The position numbers and the translations under genes were made by a program. Below, in pieces: positions 57,468-64,000 of a stretch of DNA of 64,000 nt. The number at the start of each line of letters is the position of its first letter. Positions within the stretch are counted from its first letter, which is position 1. The notes beneath the pieces were generated by a model. It was not told the DNA's origin, searched no databases, and saw only the letters and a program-made list of their open reading frames with translations. The DNA lies in IMG/VR virus record IMGVR_UViG_3300002052_000634, positions 1 to 64,000 of that record. One strand, given 5' to 3'. The stretch is from a virus.

Positions 57468-58064
57468 ATGAAAGCCACAAAAAAAGTAACTTATCAAGTA
57501 GAAGATTTTGAAACGACCTTTGAGCCGATTGAAGATAGTATCACGATAGAAAAAACAAAAGAAGGTTATACTATGAAATATCTTGTTAGAGATGATATAC
57601 CATTAAGCCCTAGAGAATGGGATAATCTTGGCACAATGGTATGTTTTCATAGGCGTTATGACTTAGGAGATAAACACGACTATACAGTTGAGGATATAAA
57701 GGAATTAGTAAAGAGAGAAGATATTATATCCTTACCTTTATATCTATATGACCATAGCGGTATCTCTATGAGGACATATCCTCATGGACACCACGTTGCA
57801 TGGGATTGCGGACAGGTGGGGTATATATTTGTTACTAAGGAACGGATAAAAAAAGAATATGGAAAAGTTACTAAAAAGACTATTGAAAAGGCAATAGAAG
57901 TATTGAAGGGAGAAGTTGAAAATTATGACCAGTATATTCAAGGTGACGTTTATTGTTGTGTAGTAGAGACATATGACAAGGAAAAAAATCATCTTGATTA
58001 TGACGTTGTAGGCGGTTATTATGGTGTAGATTATGCTTTACAGGCATTAAAAGAGGAATATTAA
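57468..58064 (+). CDS. Conserved phage hypothetical protein
   Basis: SPREWDNLG, LPLYLYDHSG, WDCGQVG, YDQYIQGDVY. Confidence 0.6.
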   Translation: MKATKKVTYQVEDFETTFEPIEDSITIEKTKEGYTMKYLVRDDIPLSPREWDNLGTMVCFHRRYDLGDKHDYTVEDIKELVKREDIISLPLYLYDHSGISMRTYPHGHHVAWDCGQVGYIFVTKERIKKEYGKVTKKTIEKAIEVLKGEVENYDQYIQGDVYCCVVETYDKEKNHLDYDVVGGYYGVDYALQALKEEY

Positions 58065-58079
58065 AAGGAGGATAACATT

Positions 58080-58268
58080 ATGGCTAACGATATTGATATG
58101 TGGAGAGATATTGAAGAATATGGGCAAGACCCTAACTCTACTCACGAATTTAATCAAGATTTGTTAGATTGTTATACAGCAAAGTATATTGAAGGGAATG
58201 AAGAAAACGCAGAGAAGTTTAAAGAAATGTTTATTGACAAGTATAAATTTTGGAATAATTGGTATTAA
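58080..58268 (+). CDS. Hypothetical protein
   Basis: 62 aa, AGGAGG RBS. Confidence 0.5.
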   Translation: MANDIDMWRDIEEYGQDPNSTHEFNQDLLDCYTAKYIEGNEENAEKFKEMFIDKYKFWNNWY

Positions 58269-58465
58269 AAAAAGGAGGGAACGCTATGAAAAAGTATCAG
58301 GTACGGATAACTTACAATGGAGATATTACTTTAGAAATTTTAGCTGATAGTAAAGAACAGGCTAGATTTTTTGCTGACGAAGAAATTAACAATATGAACG
58401 ATAAAGAATATCTTGAACATCTGAATTTAGAAATAGACAACGCAGAAATTACTGAAATATAATAC

Positions 58466-58496
58466 TTGACATAAACAAGTAAGAATATGGTATACT
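58466..58496 (+). promoter_or_regulatory. Probable promoter
   Basis: TTGACA-19-TATACT with extended TG. Confidence 0.55.
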
Positions 58497-58588
58497 TTAG
58501 ATATAGGAGAAGATGAAATGAATAATAACTATTCTTGTAAAAAATGTAAAAGAATATAACGATAGAGGATTAAACGAAAGAGAATAAA

Positions 58589-58912
58589 ATGAAAAAATTT
58601 AAATTTTATTGTCCTAATTGTGGTTGGGAAACAATGTTAGAAGAAGATTATTTAGAGCAGGGTGAACGTTGCTCTTTATGTGGAAAAATTTTAGTGTTAG
58701 ACGAAGATAGCCTTGATAATTTGATAGCAGAAGATATAGAAAGAGAACAATTAGAAACTATGCGAGAAAATATACAACGTAGAGGAAACGACGCAACGTG
58801 GTATGCTATTGAAAATAATATAGACAATCCTTATACCAGAATGATGTTAAGGGGGCAGTTTTTTAGGGCAAGGGGACATTGTCCAGAGAAAGAAAATTAT
58901 GAACAAATATAA
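58589..58912 (+). CDS. Zn-ribbon hypothetical protein
   Basis: CPNCG..CSLCG. Confidence 0.5.
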   Translation: MKKFKFYCPNCGWETMLEEDYLEQGERCSLCGKILVLDEDSLDNLIAEDIEREQLETMRENIQRRGNDATWYAIENNIDNPYTRMMLRGQFFRARGHCPEKENYEQI

Positions 58913-59471
58913 AATTTATCAAAAACAATATCGAGAAAATCATAAAGAATATTTTAAAGAATATCAAAAGGAATATCAGAGAAAGAATAAACAAATCCTA
59001 AAAAAGAAACAAAAAAGATATAGGCTTAAAAATAAAGAGAAAATTAAAATCAATAGAAAAGAATGGGTTAAAAATCATAAATATTATCAACATTATCATG
59101 GAGCAAAAAGACGTTGTAATAATATCAATAATAAAAACTATAAAAATTACGGAGGTAGAGGTATTAGATTTTTGATGACATTGACTGATTTCAAGTATTT
59201 ATGGTATAGAGATAAAGCATATAATATGAAACAAGCAAGTATTGACAGAATAGATAATAATGGAAATTATGAATTAAGTAATTGCAAGTTTATAGAATTT
59301 ACAGAAAATAATAGAAAAGATAAATGTAAATTAACTAAGTCACAAGTAAAAACGGTAAGAAGATTATATAAAAAAGGAAATATAACGCAAAAACAGCTAG
59401 AATTAAAATATAATGTAACTAGAGAGGCTATAAAAAATATAATAAATAGAAAGACGTGGAAACATATTTAG
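58899..59471 (+). CDS. HNH homing endonuclease with C-terminal HTH
   Basis: KRRCNN..YKNYGGRGI..SIDRIDNNGNYELSNCKF; TQKQLELKYNVTREAIKNII. Confidence 0.85.
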   Translation: MNKYKIYQKQYRENHKEYFKEYQKEYQRKNKQILKKKQKRYRLKNKEKIKINRKEWVKNHKYYQHYHGAKRRCNNINNKNYKNYGGRGIRFLMTLTDFKYLWYRDKAYNMKQASIDRIDNNGNYELSNCKFIEFTENNRKDKCKLTKSQVKTVRRLYKKGNITQKQLELKYNVTREAIKNIINRKTWKHI

Positions 59472-60161
59472 GAGACGTTATGAATAAATTTAGAGTAGCA
59501 ATTATGACAGACAAAAAAGTAATGAGCAAAAATTGTGATACGAGAGAAGAAGTTGACCAATTTATACTCGAAAATGACGCTAAACGGTTTAGGATATTAG
59601 ATAGAGATTTGAATAGAGTTATTGAAAGTGATAAGGGAATAATTATAAAGGAGGAAAAATAACATGGATAAAACTAAACAATTAGATTATATCATTAATA
59701 GTTACAAAGGAATAACTTTACTATTGGAACAAGTAAGAGATAAAAAAATTACACCTGAACAAGCATTAAAATATTCTGATAGATATTTAAGAGACGAAGT
59801 TTATAGTGCGTTAGATAATGCAGGGTATTTCGAGTAAAAATAAATTTGACATAGTAAAGTAGGAATATGGTATATTATAATTAAGGAGAAATTATGCAAA
59901 TAATTTTGTTGAGTTTTTTAGGATTAACTTTGCTTGTTTTTTGTGTAGTAGACTTATATCATCTAAAACAAATATTAAAAACTTTACGGAGTATAGAGTA
60001 TTATATAAGCAATATGGAAGAATTTGAAAGGATTAAATTAAATAATTGGAAATAATATGGGAATATTTCAAGATGTATGTAATTTAATAGAAATGATTTT
60101 TAAAAGTATATTTATATTTACAGCATGGTTGTGTATGATTAAATATTTAACAAAAGATGAC

Positions 60162-60191
60162 TTGACACAGTAAATAATAATATGATATAAT
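60162..60191 (+). promoter_or_regulatory. Promoter
   Basis: TTGACA-18-TATAAT with extended TG. Confidence 0.7.
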
Positions 60192-60210
60192 AAAAACAAA
60201 GGAGAATAAA

Positions 60211-60582
60211 ATGAAATATAAAGTAGCGGATTTACAAATTAATGGAAGATATTTCAATGACGGACACATATTTGACGGTATAGAAGAAGTAGCCGACCAC
60301 CTGATAGATTATCATAGCGTAGATTTTTCTGGTGCTGATGAAAACGATAATGAATTAGAAATTGAAGAATATTTAAAACATTATGGAATAATTACGCCAG
60401 AACAAAGACTTAATTGGGTATTAGAATATGGACAATGGGAGCTTGAAGAAGTGCCTGACTATGATAAAATAAGAGACATAATTGATAATTTCATAATATA
60501 TGTTACTAGCAATGATGAATATAGAGAAGAATTAAGAGAAGCATTGGATATGTATTTGGAAGAAGGAGAACCGTTTTTTTAA
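60211..60582 (+). CDS. Very acidic hypothetical protein
   Basis: 123 aa, Asp/Glu-rich; directly after promoter; AAGGAG RBS. Confidence 0.55.
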   Translation: MKYKVADLQINGRYFNDGHIFDGIEEVADHLIDYHSVDFSGADENDNELEIEEYLKHYGIITPEQRLNWVLEYGQWELEEVPDYDKIRDIIDNFIIYVTSNDEYREELREALDMYLEEGEPFF

Positions 60583-60596
60583 ATTAGGAGGATAAT

Positions 60597-60845
60597 ATGA
60601 AGAAAATTTTACTATTAACGTGGTTAATATTGTTGACTATTGTTGCATTAGCTTTTGCTAATCCTATTTGTGACAGATGTGGACACGAAATGACTAGAGT
60701 GCCATGTGAAATAGGAGACTTATATATTTGCAGGGATTGTGCGAAAGATATTATTGTTGACGTGGAAATTGAAGATGATACGAGAGAGAAAATAGATGAA
60801 AAGAATAAAGAAAGGAAAAATTATGAAAATATCGAGAAAAATTGA
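60597..60845 (+). CDS. Signal-peptide protein with Cys pairs
   Basis: MKKILLL..AFA; CDRC, CRDC. Confidence 0.5.
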   Translation: MKKILLLTWLILLTIVALAFANPICDRCGHEMTRVPCEIGDLYICRDCAKDIIVDVEIEDDTREKIDEKNKERKNYENIEKN

Positions 60846-61474
60846 TTGTCCTTATTGTGGAGTTGGAATAGTATATCATAATATAAACTTGGCGTATTTA
60901 GGCGAACAAGAAAAAGTTTTAACTTGCAATCTTGATGAGGAAGGTTGTGACAGGACTTTTGTGATAAAACTTAAACCTTCTTTAAATATCGAAGTAGGGA
61001 GAATAGAATATGACAGTCAGAAAACTACTTAAAAAATATCAGCGAATTCAAAAGGACGGATTTGAAATGGTTATTGTTCATCAAGTAGTAAATGACCTTT
61101 ATCAAATAGTTAGAGAATTAGATTATAAAAAGTATAAAAGGAGAGAAAGATATGGCAAATAGAAAGAAAAGAATAGGTTGGCAATTACTTCCTTTAAACA
61201 AAAGATTAACATTTGCACAAAAAAAGAAACGTATTAAAAAAATAAATAGACGTAAAGAAAAATACGAATATCAAGAAAAGAAAGGGGAATAATATGATTA
61301 AACATGAAATAATTAACAAAACAGAAGGGCATATAATAATTTATGCGAATGAACCTATCAGATTTGAAATATTAAAAGGGGCAGATAGTGGTTATTTAGT
61401 GTATGGATATAAAGGAACAAAAATTAATAAAGAACAAGAGCCAGATTTTATTTACGACACTTTGCAAGATTAAT

Positions 61475-61504
61475 TTGACATAGAAAAGAATAATAGGATA
61501 TAAT
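61475..61504 (+). promoter_or_regulatory. Promoter
   Basis: TTGACA-18-TATAAT. Confidence 0.65.
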
Positions 61505-61777
61505 ATAAATAGGAATAAAGAAATAAAAGAGGTAATAAATGCTAACAAAAGAAAAATTATTAAAAAAATTAGATAGATTTTTACCTGATACTGTTTTGGA
61601 ATTAGTAAATTCTGGCGGTCATCTTTGTCTAATTATATTAGAAAGTGGAAAAGTATTATATAACACGAAAACAGAAATTTTAGGGTATAAATGTCCAAAT
61701 AATTCAATGATATGTAATCAGCAATATGCGTGTGACGCTTGTCCATATAATGAAGATTTAAAAAAGGAGAAATAATT

Positions 61778-62026
61778 ATGAAATATCCAGAACATGAAAA
61801 ATTGCAAAAAATACAAGATAAATCTCAAACTATTGGAGAATTTTTAGATTGGTTAGGATATGAACATGAATATTTTATTTGTGAAAAATCTGGAAAATAT
61901 CAAGAATGGTATCCTATTTCACAAAATCATCAAAAATTACTGGCACAATATTTTGATATTAATTTAGATAAATTAGAACAAGAGAAAAAACAAATGTTAG
62001 AAGCATTAAAAAATGAGAGACGTTGA
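61778..62026 (+). CDS. Conserved phage hypothetical protein
   Basis: YPEHEKL..SQTIGEFLDWL..LLAQYFDI. Confidence 0.55.
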   Translation: MKYPEHEKLQKIQDKSQTIGEFLDWLGYEHEYFICEKSGKYQEWYPISQNHQKLLAQYFDINLDKLEQEKKQMLEALKNERR

Positions 62027-62369
62027 ATTATTAGAAATTTTATATGGATTGGGTTGTCAAGGGGATAAAATAGCCTCTAATTATTATAACAGTTTAATTA
62101 TGCCAAATTCACGATTTACTTATGAAGAATATAAAACATTGAGAAAAATGGCAGAAAGGTATATTAATGAGACTTAAAACTTATTTAATTTGGGATTACA
62201 AAAATAGTAAAGTTACTTTTCAAGATGATTTGCCAGTTACTCATGCGGGAATAGAAATAGGGAAAATAATTAATGTAAAATTTAGTAAATTAACTGGTGT
62301 AGCAAAAATAGAAATGAAAATTTATGATAATAACGTGAAAAGAGTTAAACAATTATTGGAAAAAAAATA

Positions 62370-62948
62370 ATGTTTACTTTTATTTATGCAAGACATAAAA
62401 TACACCCAAAAGTAGATAAATTACATGAACAATGGTATTTATTAATAGATTCAATACTCTCTTTTAATCAATTTATAGATAGAAGAAGTAAATTATTAGT
62501 CCAAAAATATTGGAATTTGAAAACCCGAAATAAAACTTTTGTTGGACATTTATCTGATACCGATGAAATACTTATCGAAACTGTTATGGAAAATAGACCT
62601 TTAAGAAAAACAATAGTAGATGACTGTACTACTTTAGATACTTTATTAGAAGGCTATTTTAATATATTTTTAAGAGAAGGTAGATTTGTGGTTAGTCCTA
62701 ATAACGCTTTTAGAAATATTGACAGTAGTTTTAAAATTTTAAATAAAATAGAAAGAGAAGAATTAATTTTCCCAATTACTTCTGAGAAAGATATTCGTAT
62801 ATTAAAATGGAACAATGGAATTCACTATTACGCAAAGATAGGAAATCAGGACGTTATTTGGAATAGAAAACAAAAATGGAATAGCCATGAGGAAGCTTAT
62901 GCCTGTGCTAATTTTTATCTAAATAATTTATTAAAGGAGAATAAATGA
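62370..62948 (+). CDS. Hypothetical protein
   Basis: 192-aa ORF. Confidence 0.5.
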   Translation: MFTFIYARHKIHPKVDKLHEQWYLLIDSILSFNQFIDRRSKLLVQKYWNLKTRNKTFVGHLSDTDEILIETVMENRPLRKTIVDDCTTLDTLLEGYFNIFLREGRFVVSPNNAFRNIDSSFKILNKIEREELIFPITSEKDIRILKWNNGIHYYAKIGNQDVIWNRKQKWNSHEEAYACANFYLNNLLKENK

Positions 62949-63313
62949 CAAAACCGAAACTAAATAAATGGAAAATTGAAATAGAAGTTATAGATAAAGG
63001 AGACCCTTTACTCTCTAATATTTTAACTAATAAAAGAGACCGATATTATATAACTAAACGAGATATAAAAAATGATTTAAACTATTTTTTTAGAAAGATG
63101 AACCCATATTACAAAATCAAGAACATCAGGAAAATAATATGAAATACGAGCTATATAAATATTTTGAAAGTAGATGTAATTACTTAGAAGCACAAAATCA
63201 AGCGTTAATTGATTTTATATGTGCTTTTATTAGAAACGACTTGCCTAAAGATTGGGTAGCTGATAATTGGATTAAAAAACGAACAGAACAATATCTAAAA
63301 AATAAATATTAAC

Positions 63314-63565
63314 ATGAACAAATGTAAAAAATGTAATAATCAATTAGTAATAATCCCTCCTACTGAACGATTGCAGGGGAAAGCTAAGGGGGATTTTTGG
63401 TGTAGAAATTGCCAGAAATACTTTGATAAAGACGAAATAAAAACAGAGCCAGATTATATAACTCTCTGTCCTTATTGTAAAAAATATTTGGCAGATTGCG
63501 GATATATTTTTTGTTATCATTGTGGAGAAAAATTAAAAAACCGATTAATAAAGGAGGTATTATGA
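63314..63565 (+). CDS. Double zinc-ribbon protein
   Basis: Four CxxC pairs. Confidence 0.55.
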   Translation: MNKCKKCNNQLVIIPPTERLQGKAKGDFWCRNCQKYFDKDEIKTEPDYITLCPYCKKYLADCGYIFCYHCGEKLKNRLIKEVL

Positions 63566-64000
63566 TTAGAGTATTTTTTATAGGAATAATTGTAGCAATT
63601 TGTCTCTTTTTTGTTTCTTTATTTGCTTATGGAGAAGATTATTTAGATAATTATGGATTTTATCAATTCACCGACGAGAAATCTGCAAAAGATTATTTAA
63701 TTGATAAAGAAATAGATTACATTTATGACTATGAATATCCGAGTAAAAATGCAGGAGGAGAATATATACCTAGAGGAGATTATTATATTCCTATAAGATA
63801 TTGGGATTGTAATGGAAGTAGAGTTGTTGATGAGGATTATATTGCAATAAAAGATTTTATGAATATTCCTTCTGACTATGATGAAAGACAAGATATTACT
63901 ATAAATAATAATACCTCTATATTAAACGACCATAACAACATACTAAATAATCATTCTTCAAGATTAGATAATCACGAAAATCGATTAGATAGCTTAGAGG
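63562..64000 (+). CDS. Partial exported protein with coiled-coil stalk (runs off the window)
   Basis: AAGGAGG RBS; MIRVFFIGIIVAICLFFVSLFAY; heptads ILNDHNN-ILNNHSS-RLDNHEN-RLDSLE. Confidence 0.6.
   Translation, partial: MIRVFFIGIIVAICLFFVSLFAYGEDYLDNYGFYQFTDEKSAKDYLIDKEIDYIYDYEYPSKNAGGEYIPRGDYYIPIRYWDCNGSRVVDEDYIAIKDFMNIPSDYDERQDITINNNTSILNDHNNILNNHSSRLDNHENRLDSLE

Noticed and set aside
2044-63891. Many short ORF-track entries antisense to or nested in long genes (e.g. 12287..12703, 30060..30587, 51300..51722, 4437..4676, 63697..63891)
   Set aside because: Shadow frames of well-supported genes; no RBS or recognisable motifs
1-64000. Alternative genetic code (stop-codon reassignment)
   Set aside because: Genes are long and tightly packed under the standard code, and TAA, TAG and TGA all serve as stops

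Overview
A 64-kb piece of a large, AT-rich tailed dsDNA bacteriophage (siphovirus-like) using the standard genetic code and bacterial sigma70-type promoters. Layout: (i) 1-4.5 kb, + strand accessory genes (HNH endonuclease, MptE/glycosyltransferase-like protein, PD-(D/E)XK nuclease); (ii) 4.5-38.7 kb, - strand virion morphogenesis operon (terminase, portal with a ChaB domain, protease/scaffold, capsid, neck, fibres, tail tube, an intein-containing putative tail chaperone, tape measure, tail tip); (iii) 38.9-47.3 kb, - strand nucleic-acid modification/repair island (metallophosphoesterase, CCA-adding enzyme, RlaP-like nucleotidyltransferase, deaminase, two Mom-family DNA-modifying GNATs, two tRNA-like RNAs); (iv) 47.3-48.7 kb, structured non-coding divergence region; (v) 48.7-64 kb, + strand early region of promoter-headed small-gene cassettes. 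Best candidate for an undescribed system: a promoter-fused, non-canonical tRNA-Gly(UCC) that keeps all GlyRS identity elements but lacks the D-loop GG and TPsiC motif, sitting 14 nt upstream of a Mom-family gene. It may be a dedicated non-proteinogenic glycyl donor for DNA adenine hypermodification. A second CCA-ended mini-tRNA lies just downstream of the second Mom-like gene. All protein calls come from motif recognition and gene order; no searches were run.
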